The translations under genes and the position numbers were made by a program. The notes beneath the pieces were generated by a model. That model ran no database searches, was not told the DNA's origin, and saw only the letters and a program-made list of their open reading frames with translations. A DNA stretch of 64,000 nucleotides from the NCBI GenBank assembly GCA_027022365.1, contig JALVYU010000026.1, positions 64,001 through 128,000 of the forward strand, in the 5' to 3' direction. This document shows, in pieces, positions 10,703 through 20,760 of this stretch (position 1 is the first letter of the stretch; every line of letters starts with the position of its first letter). Origin of the DNA: Desulfurococcales archaeon (lineage in GTDB: Archaea > Thermoproteota > Thermoprotei_A > Sulfolobales > Desulfurococcaceae).

Positions 10703-10777
10703 TAATGCTTCACCCCCAGACTACTATATTTAGTATAGAGAGGAATAAAACATGAGTTGTAGAATCAACACTGTTTC

Positions 10778-11632
10778 GTGGTGTATATAGGGATGCACCT
10801 CGTTATAATGACTGATCTCGACGGATGCGTCCTTGATCCCAAGACATACAAGTATGATAAAGCACTTTCCCTGATACAAAGACTAAGAGAACAAGGCATA
10901 GAAATAATCTTTAACTCTTCAAAGACAAAAGCGGAACAGTTGCTCTACATGGATAGGCTAGGGCTAAAAAATATAGTTTTCATAGTTGAAAATGGTGCGG
11001 CGATCTATATCCCGAAAAAGAAAGGCAGCCTACATATTGTTAATAACACTATATGCAGGGATCACGGGGATTACTACGCTTGTGTTCTCGGTAAAAAGGT
11101 TGATGAGATAAAGAACATGATAAGTGACATTATAGAGAAGTACAGGGATCACATAATATGGATGGATGAGATCACACCAAGGCTATTTAGTGAGCTAACA
11201 GGCCTACCAGAGGACGAGGCCGTGCTCGCACTCAAGCGGGAATACAGCTATCTATTTATACCAAAGACGAAAAACAGGGCAATCATTGATGAAGTGCTAG
11301 AGAAAATAAGAAGGAGAGGTCTAAATATCCAAGTAGGCGGCGTCGGGATTAGCCAGATCAATGGAGACCATGATAAGGGCAAAGCTCTTCTCCTTCTAAG
11401 AGACATTGTGAAAGACTATAGGAATGCACACATAATAGCGGTAGGCGATGCTATGAACGATGCCCCAATGCTCAAGGCGGCAGATACAGGTGTGTTATTA
11501 GGAGTTAATCTTGACGTGATTAAAGCTACTAGACGTGACGATCTGATTGTGGTGAGAAACAAGGGTTCTCTAGCGTGGAGAAACATATTGGCAAGACTAA
11601 CAGGAAACTACGACTTAGTCGTTAGAGGATGA
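10778..11632 (+). CDS. mpgP: mannosyl-3-phosphoglycerate phosphatase (HAD IIB)
   Basis: DLDG, SSKT, ENG, REYS and GDAMND motifs; divergent from mpgS. Confidence 0.88.
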   Translation: MVYIGMHLVIMTDLDGCVLDPKTYKYDKALSLIQRLREQGIEIIFNSSKTKAEQLLYMDRLGLKNIVFIVENGAAIYIPKKKGSLHIVNNTICRDHGDYYACVLGKKVDEIKNMISDIIEKYRDHIIWMDEITPRLFSELTGLPEDEAVLALKREYSYLFIPKTKNRAIIDEVLEKIRRRGLNIQVGGVGISQINGDHDKGKALLLLRDIVKDYRNAHIIAVGDAMNDAPMLKAADTGVLLGVNLDVIKATRRDDLIVVRNKGSLAWRNILARLTGNYDLVVRG

Positions 11633-11636
11633 TGTT

Positions 11637-12801
11637 TTGGATGTAGCCCACACAGTATTGGCACTACTATTCGTTCTAGGTTTCCTTCTAGCCCTACTTG
11701 TTAGAAAGGCAAACCTATCAGGTGCAATCGGCTACCTCCTAGCAGGCCTCATAATAGGCTTAATGCTTCCAATTCCCGGAAAACTGATGTCTATGTTCGA
11801 AATATTATCCGAAGTCAGCATAATCCTCCTCTTCTTCGAGATCGGCTTTGAGATTCATATTGAGAATATAAAGGATATTATAAGACATCCCCTCTACATA
11901 TCACTTGTCGAGCTATTGCTTGCAAACGCTTTCACAATACTAATACTGTATCCCCTCGGAATACCGGTTTCACAAATAGTCATAATAGGTCTCATAGCTT
12001 CCTTCTCCAGCACAGTATTCACATATAAATTGTTAGAGGAACATAATCCATCACCTACTGTTATCAAGACTGTGCTAATGGTTGCCGCCGTTGAAGATAT
12101 AATCATAGTAATATCTCTTAACTTCATCAAAGGATTCGCCGACGGCATAATGTTAATCGTAGTTAAGACTCTCTTGTTCCTCCTCGCGGGAAGTATCGCT
12201 AGTTATTTATTCTCAAAATATGTCCTCTCAAGACTCATCTCCCATGACGAGCGTGGCCTGATACTGATGATATCTTATGGTTTATTCATGGGTGTTGTTG
12301 CAGACTACTTCGATCTAACACCCGCCCTCGGTGCATTCATAGGAGGATTATCGATATCTGCTGTCGAGCACAGCAAGCCCGTTATGAAGATGTTTAAGCC
12401 TGTAAGAGCTGTTTTCATAACAATTTTCCTATTATCTATGGGTGTGAACATCGCATTACTGCCGATTAGTTTTGAAATCCTCCTCGTCGGGATGACCATC
12501 GGTGCCGCTGTAGCGTTCATACATTGTTTCTCAACACTCCTTTCATGCATACTCGTCGGAAAAGGAAGCAAAAGAGAAAGAGTTGAGACAGGCAGCTATT
12601 TATCAACGGTTAGCGAGCTAGCATTAGTAATAGCATATTTCTCAATATATTTACGGCAGGCCTGACAGGATTGTATTCGTCGTGGCGTCAACCGCGATAA
12701 TAACTGGTTCGATCATTGCTTCTTATCTAGTAGAAAATTCTGGTGAGATAGAAAAAGGCTTTGGCAAGTTATGTAATACGATAAGGAGGCTCATAAGCTA
12801 A
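11637..12801 (+). CDS. cation:proton antiporter (CPA2), frameshifted near 12650
   Basis: LFFEIG, SST, ED and LGAF motifs; the final TM helix (PDRIVFVVASTAII...) continues in the +1 frame to the TAA at 12799-12801. Confidence 0.8.
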
Positions 12802-12802
12802 T

Positions 12803-13363
12803 CTAGAACTTTACATATTTTTCGCCGGGACTACCACAGATGGGGCATTTCTCTGGGGGTTCCGAGCCTATATAGGTGTGGCCGCAAACCGGGCACACCC
12901 AAATATATCCATCTATAGGCATGTCTTGTCCTTTCTCAAGGTATTCCAATGCTTTCTTGTATAGCTCACCATGTATTTTCTCTGCCTCAAGCGCCCACTT
13001 GAAGCTCTGGAGAGCTTGTCTATCGCCTTGTAGTTCCGCGATCTTTATATAGGCTGGATACATTTCCTCTACTTCGAAGTTCTCGCCACGTATTGCCTGG
13101 CCAAGGTTCTTCCTGGTGTCACCGGGTCCGAATGCCGAGCCAGCAACTACTTTGAAGTCAGCGTCTAGTCCGCTTAATCGTCTGGAATGATTTCTAGCAT
13201 GTACATACTCGGCGTAAGCAATTGCTCTGAAGAGCCTAGCTATGTTCTTATATCTTTCACGCTCGGCTATTTCGGCATAGATGAGATAACGCATATGAGC
13301 CATAGATTCTCCGCCGAAGGCAGACATTAGAGCATCCCGAGTCATAGGACGGGGAGCATTCAT
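12803..13363 (-). CDS. rubrerythrin
   Basis: AFGGESMA, ExxH motifs and C-terminal CPVC...CPIC rubredoxin domain. Confidence 0.93.
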   Translation of the reverse strand: MNAPRPMTRDALMSAFGGESMAHMRYLIYAEIAERERYKNIARLFRAIAYAEYVHARNHSRRLSGLDADFKVVAGSAFGPGDTRKNLGQAIRGENFEVEEMYPAYIKIAELQGDRQALQSFKWALEAEKIHGELYKKALEYLEKGQDMPIDGYIWVCPVCGHTYIGSEPPEKCPICGSPGEKYVKF

Positions 13364-13474
13364 GCTAACACCGACTTCATAATATGTTTAAAAAGACTAA
13401 AAGGGGTTTTCAGCCCTCACACGGCTTCGAGAAACTGTTTCGGAGCCCTCCCCCATCTATAAGATCATGTTTTT

Positions 13475-14623
13475 ATGGGGGAGGGGCAAGGGATGGTTCA
13501 GCTCCACTATGATATGAATAGTATAAAGGTATTAATAGAAAATGGTTGCAAAGAGTTAGGACCCATTTACTGCCGTGTTCTTGAGGATTTATTTTACGAC
13601 TATATGGGTGATACCAGAGTTTCAAGCCTCTCAACCATAAGGGTGGGGCTTGATAAGGCGTGGGTATTCCTCAGATGGCTCAAGGAGAGAGGTGTGAAGC
13701 CAGATAATATAGATGATAGGATCCTTAAGCGCTTCCTAGTAGAGATCAAGATGACGCGGAAACCAGGAACAGTTTTCAGCTACGTAAAAGCCCTGAAAAG
13801 AATGCTGAGAGTACTGGGCAAAGAAGAATTAGCAAACAAGCTAAAGTATCCCAAACAACCCGAAAAGGTTCCAGATCTCCCAAGCCCCGAACTAGTAGAA
13901 AAGATCATATCAGAGCTGAGGGATCCCTTCAAAACCATAGTAGCAATAATCTACGAGACAGGGGCCCGGGTCTCCGAAATACTAAGCCTAAAATACAAGC
14001 ACATCAAAGAGACACCTCAGGGATACTACAAGATCATAATTGAAGAACCAAAAAACAAGGAGTCAAGAACAATATACGTGATAAAATACGCAATGCTTCT
14101 AAGAAACTACTTACTACTACACCCAGGAAAACCAGACGAAATAGTCTTCAAATCACCAGTACACCCGGAGAAACCCCTAAAGCCGAGAAACGTCGAGCTA
14201 GCCCTCAGAAGGGCATCAAGAAAACACAACACACGGATCTACCCACACCTCCTACGACACCTTAGAGCAACCCTCCTAATCAAACAAGGCATGCCGGAGC
14301 GAATAACAATGAAGCTACTAGGCCACAAAACCGAGAAAATGATGAAAATATACGTAAACCTGGTTCAGAAAGACATTGAAGAAGCAGTACTAAAACACTA
14401 CGGAATACAGCCTCAAGCCCAGAACAACGGAAAAGAAGCAACTAAATGCCCAAGATGCGGAGCAACCAACCCCAAGGAAGCAAACTACTGCTGGAGATGT
14501 GCCTACCCACTACACCAACAAGCCGCATTACAATTAGAAATAAAAGAAAAAGACCTGGAAGAAAGACTAAGGAAATTGTTGGAAATTATAAAGAAACATC
14601 CAGAAATTCTCAAAGAGCTATAA
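13475..14623 (+). CDS. tyrosine recombinase/integrase with C-terminal double Zn-ribbon
   Basis: ETGARVSE, HLLRH, LLGH and catalytic Y; CPRC...CWRC; true start may be the ATG at 13493. Confidence 0.92.
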   Translation: MGEGQGMVQLHYDMNSIKVLIENGCKELGPIYCRVLEDLFYDYMGDTRVSSLSTIRVGLDKAWVFLRWLKERGVKPDNIDDRILKRFLVEIKMTRKPGTVFSYVKALKRMLRVLGKEELANKLKYPKQPEKVPDLPSPELVEKIISELRDPFKTIVAIIYETGARVSEILSLKYKHIKETPQGYYKIIIEEPKNKESRTIYVIKYAMLLRNYLLLHPGKPDEIVFKSPVHPEKPLKPRNVELALRRASRKHNTRIYPHLLRHLRATLLIKQGMPERITMKLLGHKTEKMMKIYVNLVQKDIEEAVLKHYGIQPQAQNNGKEATKCPRCGATNPKEANYCWRCAYPLHQQAALQLEIKEKDLEERLRKLLEIIKKHPEILKEL

Positions 14624-14666
14624 AGTCTATTCTAGAATTTTAGTGTATTTGTAAAGATTAATTTAA

Positions 14667-15719
14667 TTAGTTACTAGTATTTTTCATTTCTATAATTTGC
14701 TTTAATATTTTGTACGTTTTTTCCCAAGAACATGAGTTTCCTAATCCCTCGACATCCTTAATAATTTTATATAGTGCTTGTCTATCTATACATTTATTAA
14801 ATATTACATCTTGCATATCTGTAATGTAATCCCTTATAGTTAAATAAGCCATCCATCCGCAGATTTCTGTGAAGTATTTTAAGTATCTAAATAGTTCTTC
14901 AGGAACAGGTTCTAACTCTAACCAGTCTCTATCCGTTATGATTCTTTTTCCAACTTCGGAGAAAATTGGATGGATACGGTGTACGTATCTGGATAATTCG
15001 ACGTAAAGATTATTTATTTTCCCAAGAATATCCCCATCTATAATGTTCCATTCCTTCAATTGGACCAAGAGTTTAGTGAATTTACTTTCTGGATTAAAAT
15101 CTTTTAATTCATTGTCTATGATGTCAAAAACTTGTATAGAAGTATCCAATCGTTTATCTGCTAGCTCGCTAAGTACTTTAACTAAATCGTTAAATCCTTT
15201 TGAATCACCAAATCCTTTTATTTTTTCAATTTCTTTTGCATTATTACGATATTTTGGTATAGTAATTAGATCAAATATTATGCCTCTAACTATATCTTCT
15301 AAGACACTTCTTAGTTCTACATAAGCTACTGTATAGTAACCCATGAGGGCTGAAATTAATGAATGCTCAAGCAAAATTAATGCATCATAATGGTGAACCA
15401 TGTATGCTGAATGTAAATTCCAGAATTGTGTATGTAAAGATTCCTCACACAAACTCTTTGAGGGAAGCAGATTTATGACGATATTTCTAGATACTATAAA
15501 TGCATTCTGTGCTGTGCTAAGAGCTTCAACAGCATCATATGTTGTAGAAGGTTCTGGCAAGTTGCTAAGATTCTCGGCTATTTTCTCTATATATTTTCCT
15601 ACCTTCTTTATTATGTAGAGTATAAAATCTATAGATATAGCAGCCTTTTTAAACACTTCAGTGTTCTTCGGATCTTCTTGATGATTATGCAGTTTTTGAG
15701 AATCACTTATTTTAGACAA
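14667..15719 (-). CDS. hypothetical helical protein (possible HEPN/DUF5677-like)
   Basis: AT-rich long ORF with LRSVLE...LYVELSRYVH pattern. Confidence 0.6.
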   Translation of the reverse strand: MSKISDSQKLHNHQEDPKNTEVFKKAAISIDFILYIIKKVGKYIEKIAENLSNLPEPSTTYDAVEALSTAQNAFIVSRNIVINLLPSKSLCEESLHTQFWNLHSAYMVHHYDALILLEHSLISALMGYYTVAYVELRSVLEDIVRGIIFDLITIPKYRNNAKEIEKIKGFGDSKGFNDLVKVLSELADKRLDTSIQVFDIIDNELKDFNPESKFTKLLVQLKEWNIIDGDILGKINNLYVELSRYVHRIHPIFSEVGKRIITDRDWLELEPVPEELFRYLKYFTEICGWMAYLTIRDYITDMQDVIFNKCIDRQALYKIIKDVEGLGNSCSWEKTYKILKQIIEMKNTSN

Positions 15720-15884
15720 GATGTACTAATCCCCAATTATATGCTATTATTTATTAAGTTTATGAAAATTTACTTATGTCGGCAATTAAACTCTCAGAAG
15801 CTTCACTTAAATTTGACGAATATTCTAGAAAGCTCTAATGATATAGAATAGAGAGGGATTTGCTGTTTCTAATAAAACTAATAG

Positions 15885-16496
15885 TTATGTTTTGTTTCTT
15901 TTATTTTCTTTCAGTCTTCTCAATAATGTTGAATATGATATATTGAGTAGTCTTGCACAGTCTCTTAGGCTAAGTCCTTTCCTGCGGTATTCTCGGAATT
16001 TCTTCCAGTCGATTTCTTTTCTCGGTCTGCCAATGTGTTTGCCCTGCATCTTCGCCCTCAGCATTCCTTCTCTGGTTCTTTGTCTTAGGAGTTCTCTTTC
16101 CCTCTCCGCGGCCCAAACCAGTACTGCTATGACTAGCTTTCTCACTTGTGGGTCTAGGTTTTGGAGGAACTTCTCCTTATCGCTGACAGTAATAACGGGG
16201 GAGTTCAGCTCCTCTAGCTCCTGGATGGCCCTGAGGGTTTCGTAGAATGTCCTCCCCAATCTGCTCAGCTCATATACTAGGACTGGCCTAGGCTTCTTCC
16301 GTGCATGCTCGATAAGCTCCTTGAAACCCTTCCTCTCCCAGGGAGGAACAGCCCCGCTAACACCAACGTCTTCAAACCACTCTACCACCTTGTAGCCGTT
16401 GGCATCAGCCCACCTCAGTATAGCCAGCCTCTGATTCTCAGGATGCTCCTCCCTCAAACTAACCCTAATATACGCATAGGCCTCGCTCGGCTCCAA
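15885..16496 (-). CDS. serine recombinase (resolvase/invertase)
   Basis: YIRVS, DVGVSG, LSRLGR, ERE..RT..G, GRP motifs and C-terminal HTH. Confidence 0.93.
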   Translation of the reverse strand: MEPSEAYAYIRVSLREEHPENQRLAILRWADANGYKVVEWFEDVGVSGAVPPWERKGFKELIEHARKKPRPVLVYELSRLGRTFYETLRAIQELEELNSPVITVSDKEKFLQNLDPQVRKLVIAVLVWAAERERELLRQRTREGMLRAKMQGKHIGRPRKEIDWKKFREYRRKGLSLRDCARLLNISYSTLLRRLKENKRNKT

Positions 16497-16731
16497 AACC
16501 CATATCCCCTTTTTTACAATAATCTATTGTAAAAACCTAGGCTTTTAAAACTAGGTGCAGAAGGGCCCCCTTTCGAAGCCGAAACGATCATACACTATAT
16601 AAATGAAAAATCTTCTTTGAAAATTCTAAAGAAGTATTATTTACTTGTTTAAATTGCTAGGAATATTTAATTTCTAGTTTTAAAGCTGGATAAATTAATA
16701 TCTTTAATGAAGCTGGCAAAATAAGGGATAT

Positions 16732-17467
16732 GTGATGCTGAGGAAAGCTATCTCGTTTGAAGACCGAGAGGCTATGGTTCTTCTTATCGCTGGTATAATC
16801 TTTATTCTGTTGGTGGGAATAAACTCTGTACTATATTATTATGGCAAGCTAGATGAGCTTTTTGTACATATTTCATTAATGGCTGTATATATTTTCACTG
16901 CGCTAGCGGTTCTATACCAGGCACTCTATACAAAAAGAATGGTTATAGAATCTAAGAGGGTACAAGCATGGCAGATAATAAGTAGTCATCTTTATCATCA
17001 TATAGCTGCATCAATCATGACCTTTAAGCTTGTAGCTAGAGATCTGGATAAATTATCTTCTAAGAAACATGCCGACTGGGAAACTATCAAAAAACTTTTC
17101 AGAACCCCTTTCGTAACCCATAATGCACCCTATATAATACAACCATATATAAAACCTAAACCAGGATTAGGCGCTGGAAGAGGAGCAGAAATATATCGCT
17201 ACAATCCCCGCATTTAATGAAGCCATAGAAGTGCTAGTAAAAGCATGTATAGTTTTAGGCGAGAAGGTGCTCAAAAAAGAATTAGAAAAACTCCGTGAAC
17301 AAATAAAAATGTTAGTAGTCGAAGAACCTAAACCTGAAAATATAAAAAGTATATTAACAACTTTAAAGAGCCATATCAAATCATTATCGGAAAAAGCCGA
17401 AGAAATATTCCATATACCTATAACTGAGCCTTTACTCGAAAGCTTTCAACCAAATATAGACAACTAA
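16732..17467 (+). pseudogene. membrane-anchored hypothetical protein split into two ORFs by an apparent frameshift (~17170-17215)
   Basis: Frame of the second ORF is open upstream of its GTG and overlaps the end of the first ORF. Confidence 0.45.
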
Positions 17468-17901
17468 TTATCATGTATCGAGTTTAATACATTGTAAAAT
17501 AGTAGTGTTGAAACTATTGAAACTATTTTATTCTTAATATTGATCGAGAAACACTGAAATATAAAGTATTTAATCTTTCGTTTAATCTTTCGGTCCCAAA
17601 GGCCAAAATAAAATTAACAAGCATTGTATCGTTTATGAATGCGATGAATTCTAGGCCATAATAATCCATATTCCACGAGTTTGTACGACCTGCCTATAAG
17701 CTTTTTCAGGGTATTAACTAATGCTCCAAATTGTGAAATATCATTAGGTTCAAGCCTACGCTTTGCTGTATTTATTCCACTTATTACTTGTATAGAAAAC
17801 GGAAATGCAGGGATCCCTAAATATATCAGCCGTTAGAAACCGTACAAAATAGAAGTTAATAAATAAATAATTATGCTTAACGAGTATATGGTGATACAAT
17901 A

Positions 17902-18828
17902 ATGGTTTCTGAAAATTTTTCATCATTTTCATTCGATGATCCCTCATTAATTCTTTCCATAATTTCGATCATTATATCAGCAACATCAGTTGCTGTAACC
18001 TTTCTATATAATAAACGCATGTACAAGCTAGCCTACGAACAAGACCTGTTAATAAGGAAGGAAAAACACTTCAATGAACTAAAGAAATACGTGATCGAGC
18101 CCCTTTTATATGAGGATAAGCGTTCAAGCTTTAATCCATACTTCTTCATAGACATGGTAAGATATCATTATCCTGAAGTAGGCGACCAAATAAAGCAACT
18201 AGTAAAGAAGTATAAATTATATGAAAACCTTGAAGAAAACATAGTAAATACTTGTCTTGCAATAATTAATGAAAAGGGAAGAAAGGAATCAATAGAATTT
18301 TCAATTACGAAATATAAATTAAAAGAACATTTGTCATCCATTATTCGTATTTTAATACACAATGAATTACAGTATCAAAAATACATAGACATAAAGCCTC
18401 CGCTAGAATTTCCTGTAGACGCCATACAAAATAAGGACAAACATAAATTAATTCAAATAACAGTTAGATATGAACTACGCTTCCTAGGGAGTACTATATA
18501 TGTGCATGAAGACGCTGATATAGTACTGAAAGCCAAAGAGGTTTTCTTAGAGGCACTTAATGAGATGCGAAACGATAAAAAATTAAGAAAACTAGCTGAG
18601 CAATATCAAAAAATAGGCCTAGAATTACCCAGATTGAACAGTAAAGTACGTAAAGAACTCATTCGCTTGCTCGAACAACCACCCACAGCACTAAAACTAG
18701 TTAACAATGTGCTATGCCCTTATATGAAAGGACAAGAAGATAAAGAATTTAGTAGGGAGGAAAAGACTATGATAGAGAATCTTTTAAAGAATTTCCCGGG
18801 AGAAAAAAGGGGATTTATTGTAGATTAA
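17902..18828 (+). CDS. hypothetical protein with N-terminal TM helix
   Basis: 308-aa ORF, hydrophobic N-terminus and GGTGA RBS. Confidence 0.7.
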   Translation: MVSENFSSFSFDDPSLILSIISIIISATSVAVTFLYNKRMYKLAYEQDLLIRKEKHFNELKKYVIEPLLYEDKRSSFNPYFFIDMVRYHYPEVGDQIKQLVKKYKLYENLEENIVNTCLAIINEKGRKESIEFSITKYKLKEHLSSIIRILIHNELQYQKYIDIKPPLEFPVDAIQNKDKHKLIQITVRYELRFLGSTIYVHEDADIVLKAKEVFLEALNEMRNDKKLRKLAEQYQKIGLELPRLNSKVRKELIRLLEQPPTALKLVNNVLCPYMKGQEDKEFSREEKTMIENLLKNFPGEKRGFIVD

Positions 18829-18963
18829 TTTATTATTAAGTATTGTTCATCACTATCCTGTATCTATAATTAATTTTTGAAAAAGACTCCCACATAAGCT
18901 AATTCCTACCAAAGTCTCCTTTGAAGCCATGAGTTAAAGCTTTAAATTCCTGACCTTATTGAT

Positions 18964-19326
18964 GTGGTTATGAAAAGGTTTATATGGTATGACAAGAATA
19001 CTTTCATCCTAGGTGATAGTATGACCATCGTTAAGAAGACTGTGGCGCTTCATCCTTTAGTTGATAGGGCTGTTAGAAGGCTATGGGCTAGACTGATTGA
19101 GGCTGGACTAGATGCTTCCTATTCTACGGCATTAAACTTATTGGTCATGCTTTCACTTTGCTCCGAGAACCTGGAGGACATAGGACTTGATAAAAAACAA
19201 TGTATGGGCCTCATGCTAGACATACTATTCAGAAACCGTGAAGACATAGAATTCAGCGAACACATGGTCAGAGCAGAAGAAATACTCACGAAGAAGATCA
19301 TACAGTATTTGACAAGAAAACAGTAA
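18964..19326 (+). CDS. hypothetical, possible RHH-like regulator (likely start ATG 19021)
   Basis: GGTGA RBS before 19021; KKTVALHPLVDRAVRR strand-helix pattern. Confidence 0.55.
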   Translation: MVMKRFIWYDKNTFILGDSMTIVKKTVALHPLVDRAVRRLWARLIEAGLDASYSTALNLLVMLSLCSENLEDIGLDKKQCMGLMLDILFRNREDIEFSEHMVRAEEILTKKIIQYLTRKQ

Positions 19327-19329
19327 AAC

Positions 19330-19425
19330 AGGCCGGGGGGATGATGAGCGCTCGGCGGTTTTACCCTCCAGCCCCACATGGAGGGGATAAAGAGCTTTTA
19401 AGGCGCTGACCCATACCCCCGGCCT
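19330..19425. ncRNA. candidate structured RNA / long hairpin
   Basis: 10-bp closing stem AGGCCGGGGG/CCCCCGGCCT, inner CCCTCCA/TGGAGGG stem, ATGATGA...CTGA on the + strand; TATA at 19453-60 positioned for - strand transcription. Confidence 0.5.
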
Positions 19426-19695
19426 CCAATATACTACTATTTTTCAAAGCCTTATATAAAGATATGAATTCAGGAATTTCCGGAGGCCCTACTCCATGAT
19501 CGAGATGAGCATCGAGATTGAAGGTAAGAGAGTTTATTTCTATCCTTTACTCTCGCGGAATGGCCTCAATGATTTTGTCTCATTAATTACTAGCACGGGC
19601 TTTAATACCGTGGTCGCTGGGTTTACACATAGTGTTATAGAGCTTGAGAATATGTTAGTAGATAATATCTCTACTATGAATGAAATCGGGTTTTC

Positions 19696-19881
19696 TATAT
19701 CATGAACAGTAAGAGCCAGGGCCTCACTCAGCCGGCAACCAGTATACACTAAGATCGATACAAGCGCTAGATCGCGTATACCGTATTGCCCCCGCTTATA
19801 AGCTCTATACGCTCTCTTCAAAGCATCAACCAAAGCCTCAAACCGGGGAACATCATCAAGCTTTAGTTTAGGACCACTCAA
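19696..19881 (-). pseudogene. truncated tyrosine recombinase (N-terminal catalytic box only)
   Basis: RDLALVSILVYTGCRLSEALALTVHDI followed by unrelated sequence; no HxxR or Y boxes. Confidence 0.75.
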
Positions 19882-20085
19882 ACATTTCCACCTACTAATA
19901 TTATGATTTAAAAAACGGAAATTAAACTTCGGGATCTAATAACGTCCCATTTCCGAAAAGTATTGAAAACGGAAATAAATTCACTTATTGAATATCGATT
20001 CCTCTATGTGTTCAGAGTTAGGTTTATTGATATTCAAGTATAAATACAATGTATACTTAGAAGGTGAAAAATACCCAAGATCACC

Positions 20086-20732
20086 ATGAGTGTTTCCCAA
20101 GAAATACTAGCCAGACTGGGAATAGACCGTAGAAGAGCAGCTTCTCTCCCCAAAGAACAAATACTAAAACTCAGCAAAACCGTTGAAAGAACCACCTATA
20201 ACGAGAAAGTTCTCATAAAACTATCCCAGAAGCTCTATAATGAGCTCTCAACACCCTTAGATAAAGCAATAAAGGATGAAACAGAGAAGCTCACAATAAT
20301 AGATCTTATCCGCACAATATCAAATCTAGACATTCTCTACGAACTAATCAAAGGAGAAGCAAACACACCAATAGAGGACAAGATCCTAAAATACATAGGA
20401 CTTGAAATAGAACTACTAAAAACTACCCTAGAAAAAAGATACGAGCTATTCAAAAACTCGAACGCGCCAAAGGAGAAATAAGGTTACGTAGAGTCGAAAA
20501 CATTCTCTTATCTATAGAAAAATCTATCGAACATGAAATGCTAACAGATATACTAAAAACCTCTATACATCTCCTAGCCTATGTAACAGGCCTAATACAA
20601 TCAGTAGACATAATAGGAAAGAATCTAAGAGAAGCAAACAAAGAATTATCACAAATGCTAGGCAACCTCCTAAACATATTAGAAGAAATAAATCCTCAGA
20701 AAAGGAACCGATCCTCAGAAATGTATGTATAA
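20086..20732 (+). pseudogene. coiled-coil hypothetical protein split by a +1 frameshift in the A5 run at ~20452
   Basis: KLERAKGEIRLRRVENILL... frame runs without a stop into ORF 20538-20732. Confidence 0.55.
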
Positions 20733-20760
20733 AATTATTCAAAAGGTCAAGGTATCATAA

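Noticed and set aside
13411-13427. AGCC-CTCACAC-GGCT resembling a tRNA-Val(CAC) anticodon arm
   Set aside because: No D or T arm and no tRNA-Val in the window; too short to call.
13380-13475. Duplicated 3' end of tRNA-Tyr as attL
   Set aside because: No copy of TGGTCCCGCGGGGGGGACTTGAAC is seen near the integrase or elsewhere in the island.
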